From the NCBI GenBank assembly GCA_040954595.2, contig CM082580.2, forward strand, positions 6,393,519 through 6,457,518: a DNA stretch of 64,000 bases. The letters are read 5' to 3'. The notes beneath the pieces were generated by a model. That model worked only from the letters and a program-made list of their open reading frames with translations, was not told the DNA's origin and ran no database searches. Position numbers and translations under genes: made by a program. Shown here piece after piece: positions 38,237-52,300 of the stretch. The DNA comes from Balanoglossus misakiensis (lineage: Eukaryota > Animalia > Hemichordata). Position 1 is the first letter of the stretch. Every line of letters starts with the position of its first letter.

Positions 38237-41200
38237 TTACCTGAAAAGGATCATCATTAAAGAGGACATGAGAACGGCCAGGATGCCAGCTCTGATTTGA
38301 CCAGCGCCCGCACCGTCGGTATCTGTAATGGTAAAAGTGCGTGGGAATTCTGTCATCACATAAAGAAAAAATCATTGTTATCGTGTGCTAGATACGACAA
38401 GTGTTTGCCTGGGACGTTACTCGCGTGACTGTCAGTGCCACGCTGGAGATGAGATGCTTCAAGCCCACTGCAAATCCATCGCTCTCACGATCCCGTCCCT
38501 GTCTGTCATTTTCAAGTGAAAAACGCCCACAGGAACTGAGAAACGTTGCGTCATATTGACCAGAAATAGCAACGTCTGATTATGCATGGTGATTAACGAG
38601 ACATGAGATTTAAAATAGAGATAATTAACTACTATATTAAATCCAATTAGCAAGACTACAGACAACAAACTCACCTATAAATTCCTCTGATTTTTTCGCC
38701 ACCTCTTCTTTCAAGGTGCACGCCACCTCCAGGATTTTCTTGTTGATCTTGCACGCCCTCACCGACAGCTTACACTTGTTGGTGAACTCGTCGATGTCCG
38801 GGGCGCCCTCCGTTTGTCCGCAGACGGGCTCGTAGACCTCGGCGCAGAATTCTGGGCATTTGCACACCGAGTGCGTGCCCTCGTTGACGCACGTTGCTAT
38901 CTCGTTCTCACATTTGTGGCCGATGCAGGGATCTGAAACCAGAACACACACACACACCACTTGTCACATTTATCTGTTGTATCCCTTGGTTAAAAACAAA
39001 TAATTACTCTTCCTCCTATAACTCACCAATTCTAAAAATAATCGATATGTATGTGCGCACTATAGCACCGCTTCTATACTGTTGCCACGGTCATGGAATT
39101 GTGCACGTTGTGTTTGAATTCAAACTTCCATAAAATGTTACCGTTATTCCTCAATTTTAAGATAAACTTTTCAAAGCTTGCGGTAACAGAAAATTCACTG
39201 TTGAAAAATAACTTTTCATTCTTAACTGCTGAATTTACGGCTTACATCATTAACTCTCACTGCATTCTTCTAATGTGGCTTTTTCAGAAAACATGCAAAT
39301 GAGAGTCTACAAGTTTAGCCCCCGGCGCGCCCTTACTCGTTCACGTAAAACCGTATACCCCTTAACTTTTCATGGTAACCACGCACTCCTCAACAACTCA
39401 CTCATGGTAACCATGTACCCCCATTTAACTAGTCATTCGACGCAACCATTCCCCCCTTAACCGGTTCACGGTAACCATGGCATGCATACCAACCTTCTGT
39501 CTCGGGGGTGGCACAGTGCGATCCACCGCAGGCGTTCCTGCAACACTTCAAATCAGCAGAACACTCCGAATCATATTCGCAGTCTCTAGAACATGTGCCA
39601 ACTAACTCGGGGACGATCAGTCCGCAGTGACCTTCTTTGGGTGTCGTATCTGTGAGAAATAATGCACATCATGACGGTTTACTGAGTATTATAGTCCTCC
39701 AATTAAATCTAGCCAATCGATATACGGATTCCAGCACTGCCATTCAGCATGTGAAAATGCCCCTGGAAACACGAAATCATCTCTAATTTACATATAACTA
39801 TATATGGTCATTGGGATGACCTTATATATCTTTAACTGTATTTAGACAAAACAACTACTAGTAAATAGTCTAACTCAGACAAGTTCAAAGAGTGAAGTTT
39901 TAAATCATGCGACATTAAGGATTTGCATTTTTGAAATACTGCAGGCGTGTCGAATGTTTCACAATGCGTCTCAAGGATCTGTTATCATGTCTTAAGTGTT
40001 AGTGACATCAGATAGTGTGTCTTCAAGGATATCAAACATTTGAAACATTTCAGAAAATACCAGCATGGAAATATCTATCACTCCTTGACTGCGAACATTC
40101 CATGTGGACAATAACATTTTTCAAACATTTATGGCCCGAGTAAACTTTAGAGTGTATACACTCTAGATCCTGTCAATTTTCGTTTTAACTTTTCATATGG
40201 GTCAGCAGTCAAAATATTTTTAAAACTTAATCTTCTAGTGAACCAGCTATAAACAGATCGGTCATTCAATTATTAACAAGTCCAGCACCGAACATATAGA
40301 ATATGCAACACAAGCTTTTATAGAGCTTGGGTCGGACACTGAATTTTTTACGCGGGCGAAATGATCTCAACGGCCAACTGTTAAAATCAACCTATCGGCG
40401 AAAATTAACAACTTACAATGTAGATATGAAGGCAAAAGAAGACTACGAAACCCCAAAATAAAAATTAACAACTCAACAGATATAATAGTTGACATCGTAG
40501 ACAATAGCTTGAAATATTCTGACATTGCATGATGAGACAAACATCGACATATCATCAATGTGGGCGGATTTTTTTTGGCGAAATCTCAAAACAAGATCGA
40601 AAACATGGAAATATACATATGAAAGGTTATCGCGCAGAAATTACATAGCACCACGGGAGGTCACCGTTTCCTCTTCTTAGAAGTCATCGAACTGAATTTC
40701 GTCACTGATGCGATACTAAAAAGATGACATCATTTTTTGAAATAATTTTAAACCATAAAACGCTATAAATCACCCAGCGAATATTTGTAACGTAACGCTC
40801 AGCCACCATTTGGTACGTGATAACTCCACCCTTATAACTCAGCTACTTAGAAGTTACTTTGTCCACGCAGGCAAGGGATTAATTTGACCAACTGACAAAA
40901 CAACAATGCCTCCAGAAAATATTCTACGAAAAAATATTTTTTAGCGTTGGCATTTTTGTATTTGCTGTTTACATTTACGCCCCTATGTTTTGTCAGATCC
41001 TGTCAAAGCGAAGGACTCGAGTTAAAAAAAACATATCTTACGAATGTCGACATGGTCGACTACAAAAGAAAAACAACTAGACCAAACCGATAACAATATT
41101 TAACACCGCACAGGCATAATACTGATCAATCGTTTATAACTTTTAAAATCATACTGCATTTTTCATGTACTTATTTTTTATGAGTAAAAATTGTCGATCG

Positions 41201-41946
41201 CAAAGTCATGAAAGTGGTGTGTAACTTAGATAAAATCGAAACCACCCTTTCAAAAGTTTGTCTAACTTCAAAGTATTTAGGCTAGCCTCGACTCTCCATG
41301 AGATTTTGAAGTTTGATAGTTATTAAGGTCAGCGAGAGGCTATGGCCTGGGCGACACATGCTAGTTTTACCACAGGAACGCTTTGATGTACAGATTCTGT
41401 TCTCATCACGCTGGGAGATTAAAATCTATATTCATCAACAACAAAATTGATATGTCGCAAATGGTCGAAACCCTTGAGTCCTAGGCCAGGCGGTCCGATG
41501 TATCTACTTGCGAGATTAGAAGCGATAGCGGCCATTCGTACAGCGCGATTTACAGATATATACTATACCGGCCTTTTTTTGCAAAGAGATTTAAAGAAAT
41601 GTTTTTTGAAATCGCGTCATTTATTTGCCGGACTTGTTACATTTTGGACGGTTATAACGGTTTGAAGGCTATTAAATTTTAACCCGCAACACAAGCTGTC
41701 GTGACTTTAGGCCTACTGCAGTAGTCGTTCTTTTTCATGGCAATCGGTAGAAGCGCTTATACTGTAGGCCCCTTTATGCAAACAAGATTGAAGACAGCGC
41801 ATATAATTTCGTGAACTTTTGAGTTGATCGAGATTGTGACAGCTAAGTTCGAAACGAATTTCAGCTTTTTGAAAATGTTTACCTTGAGCGAACGTTGCAA
41901 CGACACAGCAGCACAGGACGCTGACGAAAACCTCGGTAATCTTCAT
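38237..41946 (-). CDS. Mini-WFIKKN F: signal + WAP + follistatin/Kazal + GPI-signal-like tail (~187 aa)
   Basis: Exons, all phase 1. 41883-41946: MKITEVFVSVLCCCVVATFAQ. 39494-39649: KEGHCG..CSRDCEYDSECSADLKCCRNACGGSHCA. 38675-38932: DPCIGHKC..PVCG..FTNKCKLSVRAC..VAC. 38237-38322: DTDGAGAGQIRAGILAVLMSSLMMILFR*; the stop overlaps a possible AG|GTAAAA donor. Confidence 0.85.
39335..39480. repeat. Degenerate ~35-bp minisatellite in an intron of mini-WFIKKN F
   Basis: Recurring TTCA(C/T)GGTAACCA..CCCC..TTAAC units, about 4-5 copies. Confidence 0.6.
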
Positions 41947-42165
41947 GTTGATTGACGAAACACTTGTAGCTTTTTTTACCTGACAGCGGCAGTTTACACG
42001 CACACTTGTTGGAGGTACACAGTCAAGCTCAGATATCACAACCCGATTAGCCACTTAAGAACTATCCTCCTTTCACTCTGCAGAACTGTATTTAAATCTG
42101 GACAGTGGGCTCTTATGAGTGGGATAAAAGCTGGCGCAGACGACTACAGATTGGACTTCTACCTA

Positions 42166-42180
42166 TGACGTCACTTCCGG
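42166..42180. promoter_or_regulatory. Composite CRE + ETS motif (TGACGTCACTTCCGG) ~220 bp upstream of the mini-WFIKKN F start codon
   Basis: Exact CRE palindrome overlapping an ETS site (CCGGAAGT on the minus strand). Motif match only; no functional data. Confidence 0.4.
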
Positions 42181-45100
42181 TTGCGTCAAAAAATGTCAGG
42201 TGCGCAATGAGCACACACACCAAACACACCTCTGTCTATTATCGGTTAAATCTGTGTCCTTATAAAGGATGCGTTCTTCATTTGACAACTTGAAGCTAAT
42301 CATTACCTAAAAGTCATGTTAAAGTATAATGATAGCGTTGCTTGTGTTTGATAGTCTAACTCTGAACGAAGAATATTCTCCGTTTTTAAAGGGCAATTCT
42401 AATATCATTGCTCTATGTGAACTGAACAGAAGACGACAAAAATCGCAGATACAAGAAAATCAAAGCCGAGTGGAGTCAGTCGAAATTTAATAAATCGACC
42501 AATGCGAGTTTCAGGTGTTTGATGTTTTCCAGGTAGTTGTACTGTCTAAATGCGGAGCGGAACCAAATTTAAATTTAATAACTAAGCAAAACACGTCATC
42601 CAAAATAACACCAAACTCGATCAATAATCATTTCCCACTAAAGCAAAAATGCCTAAAATTTATGTTCATCTCGCAAAATCTGACAATTTATTTGAACCAA
42701 GCGAAACCACCATAAACGAACAGGTGTTGTTGCGAGATCTGGACACAATACCGCCATATATACTGCCCACGTATTAATATTATGACATATTGTTTTACAA
42801 TCGCGGTGCTGGTTTGTACCTGGCCTCGGGATTGTAAATCTGCCATTTAGGCAAAGATTTTATTATTGAATATGAAAGGCGGGAAAAGGTGGGGCATGGT
42901 ATGGCATGATTTAACATGCGCGTTTCTTCTCATTGCTTGAGCCACAAACCGGAATGTGTAGTCATGTTTGTTTGCACAGTGTATATTAGACTATGATGTA
43001 ACTTTTATAATAGGTTATTAAATTAAAGAAAAACACAACTCGCCCAGTTTCGTGTCTGTCCCTTAGGCCTATACAGGAATTATTAAGGAATTATTCAGGT
43101 GACTCTCCGCAACTTTTTATGTAGATCAGTTTTGCGTGTTTGTACAATTCGTTTTTCTTAGCCGTCGTTGCTTAAATTACGCGGTCGGTAAAAGTGGTGT
43201 AATACTGAACTGAGCAGGATTGGCGGAGATTGCCTGTGTGTGCAGAGGTCACTGGTTTCGAATCGTCAAGGCGGGCATTGTTTCAGGTGGAGGGAATTGC
43301 ACTCTGGACCGACCAAACAATCAAACACCCACGGCCATGTTTGAATCACCAACTGAATGTCGCCAAAATGTTGTTTCCTCACTGCTAATATGATTAATCC
43401 GGTTGGAGTGTTTATTGTGCAGAGTCGGGATGATTCAAGCGAAGGGAATTGTCTTCCTCGTTTAATGTTTAACACCTCTACACTCAGTTATGTCAGCAAA
43501 TATATGATCTCGGTCGATGGAATATTGAGATTACATATTATCAGAATATAACGGTGGTGATTGCCACTCCAAGTTCAATATTGACAAAATTAATCAACGC
43601 ACAGTGACAACGGAAACATGCTTTGAAATGACTGCGCTGCTATGTTATTCATTTGATAATGAACACTTGCCACGACTCACGATCGTGATGGCTGACCTTT
43701 TTCATGTTTAATGAAAAAAGGAAATGTTCACATTCATTGCCTACCAAAGCTATATAAAAAAGTCAGTTCCTTTTGAAACACCAACAAGCCCTTCTTTTCT
43801 TTAAATCTGTTTACGGAGGGAAGAGAGATAAAAGACACTGAACAAATCTGTAAGAAACTTGATACTATATACTGGCCTGACAGACGTTTTCATTCGTAGA
43901 TAATGACACATTACTCTTCGAGAACATACATTTGGGGAGATGTCAATTTTATGTATTTGATGCCAAAACGGACATTGTTTGATAAAAAAGGGTGAAAAGG
44001 TTTAATTTGAAGTGTGCAACAAAGTATGACCCAGCCATTAGGCTCATGTTTAATAGCTTACTGCAACGCCTGGGCAAGTTTTTATCTCATTGAAAAATTA
44101 CCGTGCGTTTCAATGTTGTCTCCGGTGGAGAAATATACCCATGATGCATTGTATGGTTCACTGCGTGTACGCCTACTTTCGCACACTGAGCTACACTGAC
44201 GTCACTTGACAACTCCCAGCCTGCATTTGACTGACAGACTTGTCGACTACTTGCAATTATACATTGTTTATAAAACACTTGGGTATCAAAACTCTCGCAT
44301 GGGGAGGGAGTGGTTTCCGTTTGAATGTATGCGACGTCCGTACCTGATTGATATCCATCAACTAAATAACTCAAACAATAGATAGCATGTTCATGTTTAC
44401 GTGCCTTACTGGTTTTTTTGCGAGCAACTGAATGAAATGACAAATACAAGTATGAATTGCTAGAAAAACCTCCGATAATCGTGATTCGAAGTAAAAAGCA
44501 ATGGAACTACACTGTATCTCACACACTGTGTCACAAGTGACAATATGCCTGGTGTGGGAACGATGTACATGTACACTTGCAAAATCTTGAGGGGCGCTGC
44601 CCTCTACGGCCAACATCTCAATTCAAACTTCAAAAACACAAAGTCTGCATTTGCTTTGAAAAGGGAGAGGGGTCATATCAGGCCTGTACTGGGGTCATAT
44701 GTTCATTTTTGGCCAAACTCTGGTGTCAGAATTTCCTTTTTTTACAAAAATAATTCGCATATAAAGTCAGGCTGAAGTAAAAACGGGGCTCAACAGTCTG
44801 AGGGCTCAAAAATTCCTCTGCCAAAAATCCAATAAAAGGAATCATGGAAATATGCATATGGTTGATAGACGAAGGTGTGATTTCAAGCCGTGGTGTCGTT
44901 GAGGGCGCACTTCAGCAAAACGTCTTGAGAACTTTGCCTTTTAAGTCTGAAACACTTCATTGAGACAAATTGGTTTGTCTCATGTCGATACTTTTTACAG
45001 ATAGCCGCCCTGGTGAGAAAAAAAAACCTAGCTGACCAAAAAAATCCTCACTTTAAAAAACAACGAATGAAATCTGATGAAACTATCACGCGACACTCTT

Positions 45101-46373
45101 CTTTTCTATGCAGATTACTACAAAATGACTTCAAACTGATGTAACGTTGCCTAGCATCGGGACAGAACGAATATTTCGTTTGGCTAGTCAGTGCCACCTT
45201 GTGGAGACAAAAGTCTTCTACTGAATCGAAGTTAGTGTTTGACAATGATAAGTGTAATCCCAGTGTAAACAATTCCTGATCTTCAAGGCTATGTTTACGC
45301 AGAAAAATCCAAATGTAACAAACACGATTTATTTTTGTTTACTTTATACCAGTAATTTATTGATTTTGTAATCCGAATATCTCTCCATTTAGCCTTAATT
45401 TATTGATTTAAGTACATGTAGATATACTGTACGGCCAAAAAATCCTCGTATGTACAGTAAATACATTTAGTCTAAAACAAAACAAAACGGAAATGTTATT
45501 AAGTTTTTTCGTTACATGTATATGATTTTGAATATAAAAGTGACTTGACGTTGCTCGAGGCAACAAAACCAAGAACTTACCAGTAAAACTTTTCCACTGT
45601 TGATTTTACTACAAATATCCGTTTTATATTTAAAAAAAAACCTAAATAAACTCAAGGGTTTTGTGATCAAGGGCAATTTTGACTTTGTAATAAAATACAT
45701 GTAAGAATGTAGCGTGGGTATCGGACTCATAATCGGAGTCGAGGGTAGCCCTTTGATTATTATGTCGGGGTGGTTCACTGACGTCAAAGTTTGTTTAATG
45801 TTTGAATACTAGTAGATTACTTGCACATGAGTCACGCGTCTTGAAGACTGGGTCGTTCACCCTTTCAATGGACAGTGTACCGCCGCCAAGGTCGATGTTC
45901 ATTTGTTAGCGAAGAAGTGTGAAACTTTCACCAATCCACGCGAAGTCTCGCCCAGGGCGGGATTAGTCACTGGTGCGCCTGCGCAAACGAGTAACTGATA
46001 TATCGTACGAAAACAGGGGAGTTAGCTGTAGTGTGTCGTGTGACAACGTCTGTGATATTGTGGAATACTTTCTTGTTGATGTTTGAAGTTTTTTACCCGC
46101 AGATAATGCGCGACGGGGATAGAGTAGAAGAAGGACGATAACAGGATACACCGTCGCTTCAGCGCTGTAAATTACGCTTTCAAATCCAAACATATCCGCG
46201 GAAAAGTTTGTCATTTATTTTCGAAGATCTCTTCACGCCGTTCAAGTTTATCTCTGGCCATCGCACCGACGGTCTTGTGTATAGGCTCTGCGTGTGCAGC
46301 AGTAGTGTCGCGCCACAGTAGTGGGAAGGTATCTTACAAATCTCCCAGTCGATAAACATCAATGCCGAAGAAA

Positions 46374-49300
46374 ATGGGAAGCGATAGCAGCAAGTCGGTA
46401 AGAAATGCACGTCTGCAGGAGACGCCGCCGAAGACCCCTATGCCAGAAGCGCCCGAGTTGGAGAGGCGCTTCACGAAAGTTTTGGTGAGTGAATGAAAAT
46501 TGAATGTTTACATTGACAACATCAAGTTTAAATGTCATCTGCAACCTCTTCATAACACATGTTCTTAATTTTTTTGACTCCACACGATATCGTACGGTCA
46601 TATCGAGGTTATCGTAGTGTTCTAGTTTATTGCCACGGTAACGAACTCCCGGTACAACGACAACGTCGAGAAACCGAAATCGACAGATTTCCGACAAAAT
46701 GTCATTATACCGGAAGTGGGTTACTATATTTATCAGTAAATATTTCCGTGGTCATGAAGGTGTAAATGATAGCTTGACTCAGCGACACGGGCGTGTGTTA
46801 ACTGTCTGTCGCTCTCATCTCTAGTCTTATAAGGGCGAAATAATTACACGTGTGAAATTTCTCACTTTGATATCTCGTAATTGTTACTTGCAGTTTACGT
46901 GTGAATGTTAGAAGTAACGGTAGTTTGTCAATAGTAAATAAATGTCAACCACACAATTGGTTAGTATTTCCGGCTGTATGAAAAGCCCAGACAGTAGACG
47001 TCTGCCCACGGACGTGTTTGTGGTTATTGCCAGACTGTCCCACCCCTTTTCTTGAAGATGACTCATTTGTTTGGGTCTCCATTTTTTCAGGAAGGAAGGA
47101 GTTGCCCTAGACTAAGCCCAAGGTGTTCATACATTATTTATAAAGATGCACATATCTTCTCGGGTGAGCTCATTTTGGGGTCAACCTATAATGCCCGAGA
47201 TCATGGATATTCTCACAGTTTTGCCACCTTCAGAGTAGCATTACTATAGTGTTAAGTGAATTGACATTGTCGACCCCACGAAAGAAGCTTTTTTGTTCAA
47301 TGACTTTTGAAGTGAAAACTGCAACTGTTGTCAAGAGTGTGCTCAAATACCAGGATAGATTTAATTTGTAATACTAGTAGTACAAGTACCTGGAAGTTTG
47401 TTTTAAGTATAAGCCTAATGGACTATTATGATAAGATTGGGAAGCTACCAATTGTACCCACTTATTGATATTATCACTTCCTCAACCATTACATCTACTG
47501 GGCCAATTGCATTTCCTCTTAGCCTTTAGGTGTGTACCCCCCATTTCCACACAGGAAAGTGGTAGTATTTTGTTACAGAGTGAATCCCTGAAATCACTGC
47601 AGATTCCAGACTCGGGTTTCAGGTGTGGGTTGAAGATGTTTCCCTCAAGGCTTCAGAGGTTGTTTGTGTTTGCTTTTCACAATGGTTTAATTGTGTTTGA
47701 GGTTTGGTGTTTTTACATGAGTGAGTGCTCCATGACCCCAGTTGGTAGATGTCTCATTGATTATACATCGCTTTTTAAATAAAAACTTGAGAAAACAAGG
47801 ATCTCTTGTAGTGGGCCATTTTTAGTACATCCATGAATAGGCATATTTTGAATTTCCACATAAAAGGTACATGTTAAACTTGTATTTTTTTGGGAGGGGG
47901 GAGGGCAAAATAACAAAAGCACAAGTGTTTGTCTTATGAGCTATTTCCTTGTTTGTCGAGGTGGCTTGTAGAACTGCTTCTCTTTTGCTTCCAGATATAC
48001 TATTGCCCACAGGTAATAATTGAGATCATTTTTGTTTTAATTTCAAATATTCAGTTTTGCTCGTAAAATTATACTTATAGTAGCAATAACTTGAAAGTAA
48101 TCCATCTTTGTAATTATCCTGATGAAAAAACAAACTCCTATCCCTTGTGAGTGAGTGATGAATGATGACCCGCAGGTGTGTGCGTGAAATATGTAATAAT
48201 CTAACAGCTCTCCATAAAGAACATTCAGGCTATTACTTGAATTATTATTCAGCCAAAGGCACCCTTTCTCATGTTAGTATTATTATTTGATAGTGTTAGA
48301 ACTGAGCAGCAGATGGTGAGATGTGCCCATAGCAATGTGTAGATAATGGTTGGCAGTGAGTGAATGATTTATGGCAAGGTGGGTGATGGTGTGATACATA
48401 AATTCAGTGTACACATCCTGGCAGGAAGATGGACCTTGACATCTCTGATGGTTCCTCTGTGGTTTAGGGTTTCTGTCCGGGGCTTCCTGAAGTGCCTGGT
48501 GCTTATATGGGTGTTCTATACACCGGTTCCGGATCACCAAAATGCACTTTTTGTTACATGCTTTGCTTTGTGATCAGTTGTTCATATGAGCACTGTAGAC
48601 TTTTTTGACTTGAGCTATTTTGGGGAAATGATGTTACCGATATAAAATATCTCAAAGCATTCTTTTAGTTTTACCTGTATAAACATAACAAACACTTTTA
48701 TTCATGCGGCCTACTGAGAGCGAGACCATAGGTGAGTGTTTGTAATGTAATGTAACCCCACATTCCAACACTCTATGGTGGTGACTCCAGTATTGGTTAT
48801 GCATGGAAAAAAACAACTATATGCACTACATGTAGGCAGTTTGTTACATGTTTGCTAACTAGGTGTCTAATCGTTTCATAAAGTTCCAAGCATTAACACA
48901 CATACGGCACACATCAATCATATCTGGCAAAGCGTTCCACAATGTATTGTAAGCTTTGCTGAATAGCATCAGACAAGTAGTTCCTGCTTTGTATTTTTTT
49001 GTTGGTTTGTTCCGTGTAGCTTTCATTGTGATTGTCAACAAGTCATTCAGTCATACATTTATTAACACCTTTCACCCTCACGATCATTGTTTGACGCTTA
49101 TAACTTCACCTGAGAGGCTCAAAGTTCAGGAAGGAGTAGCAGTACAGTCTTCAGAAAGTGCATTTCATGAATGGGTGTGTGATACAATGTAGAACTTGGT
49201 TCCTTTTTCTGGTACATTTACATTCTCAACTTGCTTTAGTTTCCAGCATTCAGGATACCAGAAGGTTTCATCATCTACACAGACAAGTCATGTATGTGAC

Positions 49301-52300
49301 TAAAATAAATTTATACAAATGCATGGAGATATGGGTTTGACGAATGATGATTATCCAAGGATATGACTTTGAGAAGTTGTTCGTTATGCTTTGTTTCCAA
49401 TGGTGATAGATTATATTATTTTTCAATGTTCTTGATGATGTACTGTAGGATCCAATTTATGTCCTGTACAATGAATTCTGGTTGTCTACATGGCCTTGTG
49501 CTCTGTATGTGTGTGTGTCACCATTTTGTTGAAAAATGAATTTGGGTGCTGTGCATGTAAATTCAACTTTCAACAACAACAATTCTGTATATTTGTAGCA
49601 AGATATAATTTATTAGATCTTAATCCAAACAACAAACAACATAAGACTTCTGTTTGGTAGGATACAGGGGTCACGGCTGGTCAAGGAGCAGACATGCATG
49701 GTCTCCTATCACCAAGGTCGTGGGAGTGATATATGTGTAACTGCATTCTCTCCTGTCACTGTTTCTGTGCGTGTCGTAGATTATTTGCCAGAAAGTATTT
49801 CTGCATTTTTGTGGCAGTGTATCAAATTTGGCAGGAGAGAGTTGAATGTCGGCTGATTCAGAAAATTTACAAGCAAAACTCGTCCTGTGGGAGGAGTGTT
49901 GTTGTGTAAGCCTTTGATTGAAATGGAAACCAGTGAGTAGTGTAAGATCTGAGATTTCTTTCAAGGAAATCTACATGTATTGTAGGTCCTGTGTAAAACA
50001 AAATCACTGGATTTGTTTTGACATTGCGTGACCTCCGTGCGGTGGATGACACTGACACTGCTGAACACTGACAGTGAATAACAAAGCAGATCAGTTTATT
50101 TCACACCAAGGACAGTTTACCATCATGTCATTCAGTGTTAAATCCTTATCAAAGGGTTGAATTGCTGTCCCTGGCATGGCAAGCATAGTGACGCCAGGAT
50201 TTATTTGCACAAACTGCAGGTTATGCCAGTGAACTCTTCACTCCTCCAGCATTTGCAAATCATAAAATCATAATTGAAGTTGGTTGCCATATGCACAGTT
50301 TCCATGGAATTGAATACATGTACATGCTGCAGTAGCCAGCTGATGTGTAAATGCTGTTATCACCTGACTAGAAGTGGAGCGTAATCACACAATTAGTGAA
50401 GAAACTGAAAATTCAATGTCAAAATATGACTGTGGTTTAGATTCGACTTCAATCAACTTTGGCAAGGCAGCTCATTAATTCTATGAACGCTCCTCTTATA
50501 TCTGACAAGACCGAGCCCCTAATTGCCCTGGTGTGCCGCAAAACAGATTTGATTGTCACTGTGCCATTCCGGTCACTATTCCATGGAATTGCTGACATCA
50601 AGGAACCTGGCATGTGCAAAGAGGATTGCGTGACTGGCAGGAAATCACCTGTCATCATGTACATGGTACAAGCGCTACACAGGATGATTTTCATCCCTGT
50701 CACAGTAATACAAATGTACATGCCCCTGTATATGGTGACCAGGTGTGCTCCCAGCATTCAGCATATAGGCTGCCAGTTTGACAGATGTCACATACAGTTG
50801 ATTTTGAATTGGTCATCATGTGAGAAGATGGCACCCTGGGATGTTACAGTTTGTAGTAGTTCAACCGCTGAAGTCCCATTTCAATTACACAAATTGATGT
50901 CCTTTTGTTATAAAAAGAGAAATACTATGAACCATAGAATGTAGCTTTCATTCAGTTAGAAAATTAAAGCTAACAGTCTGTGTTAAGTATGTTATATAGA
51001 GAGTTGAAAAAATCAAAGGTTTCACAGTATTTTCTCAAAGGAACAGATTGACAGACATTTTGCATCAGGCATTCAGTATTATCTTGAATTGGGTAAATTT
51101 GTGAATTTTGTATTAAGATGTATGATTGAAATCACTTTCATCTCATGTGTAATTGGTTTGTAATATACATGCAGCGAATCTCCTGGCGTGAAAAGTACAT
51201 GCGTGGCATCTGTTAAAATTGGTTTGAATTGATGTTGGCATTCCTTTGGCAACTCTACCCTGCAGCAATGTGTGTGTATAAAGCGTGAAATGGCAGTTCA
51301 ATCCTCTTGTAATATTATGTAGATATTGAGCTATCGTATATTTGGGTTAGTCCAGTGTTAGCTATATGTAGTTGCCACTATTGATAACGCACATTACAGA
51401 TCAGTTCTAGGTTTCTAACTGGGCCAGCTCTGTGCTAACCCAAGACCAGCCTGGGTTAGCAAATTTTAGCACCAGGACAATGGTGACAATGAGCTAACAC
51501 TGGGCCAACCTGTTGTTAGCCCAGTGTTAACTTATTGGAAAAGAGCGCTTGATCTGTACTGTACAATGTAGCTTGGTACATTTTGTACCATCCTAGCTGG
51601 AAACAACATTCTGATTTGTAGTGCACAGGATGTACATGTTTGTACAGATCTGTTCAAGTTTGTACATGTATGCTAAATTTTGGTTTCACTCTCAATATTT
51701 ATTTGTTGAGTATTACAGATACTAGTGTGGATACCATATACTTGTATTTTAAATTTATGAAGTATATAAATCATAGACAGTCATAATAGACATTTTGATG
51801 TGTTTTTGTCAATAGTATATGAAATATGGTGTGTAATCATTTATAAAATTGTACATGTGGCTTGGCAAATAAATGTGTGGGCAGTGTGGGTGAGCTGTTT
51901 TTCCGCTGAGATCATTTATTAACAAATGTCAATACATCATACACATGTACAGAAACTGATACAACTCCCTGAATGACGTTCTCTCACTGATAACTTTTTA
52001 AGTTTTCACAACGAGCAATTTTTTCCCCTTTGGCGTATTGCTTCAGTAATTCAATTGCACATTTGTCTGTTTGTTTAAACTGTTTATCAGCAGATATTTG
52101 TGAATTTTGCTCTGAGTCATATGTGTTCAATCTTAGGAAGGGCGGACCTTTGGAAAAGTGAGATTTAAACTGAAATATAAACATTGGCAAGCTGTGATAC
52201 ATGTAGATGTATTAAACGTCTCCTGCAATGACCTATATCGTATACATGCATACAAGCTCTTCCCAGTGCTAATGGGATGGGCTGAACTTTTTCAGTTTAG

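Noticed and set aside
50449-50944. 161-aa ORF in FMNL intron 1
   Set aside because: Non-ATG start, no domain similarity and composition like the surrounding intron.
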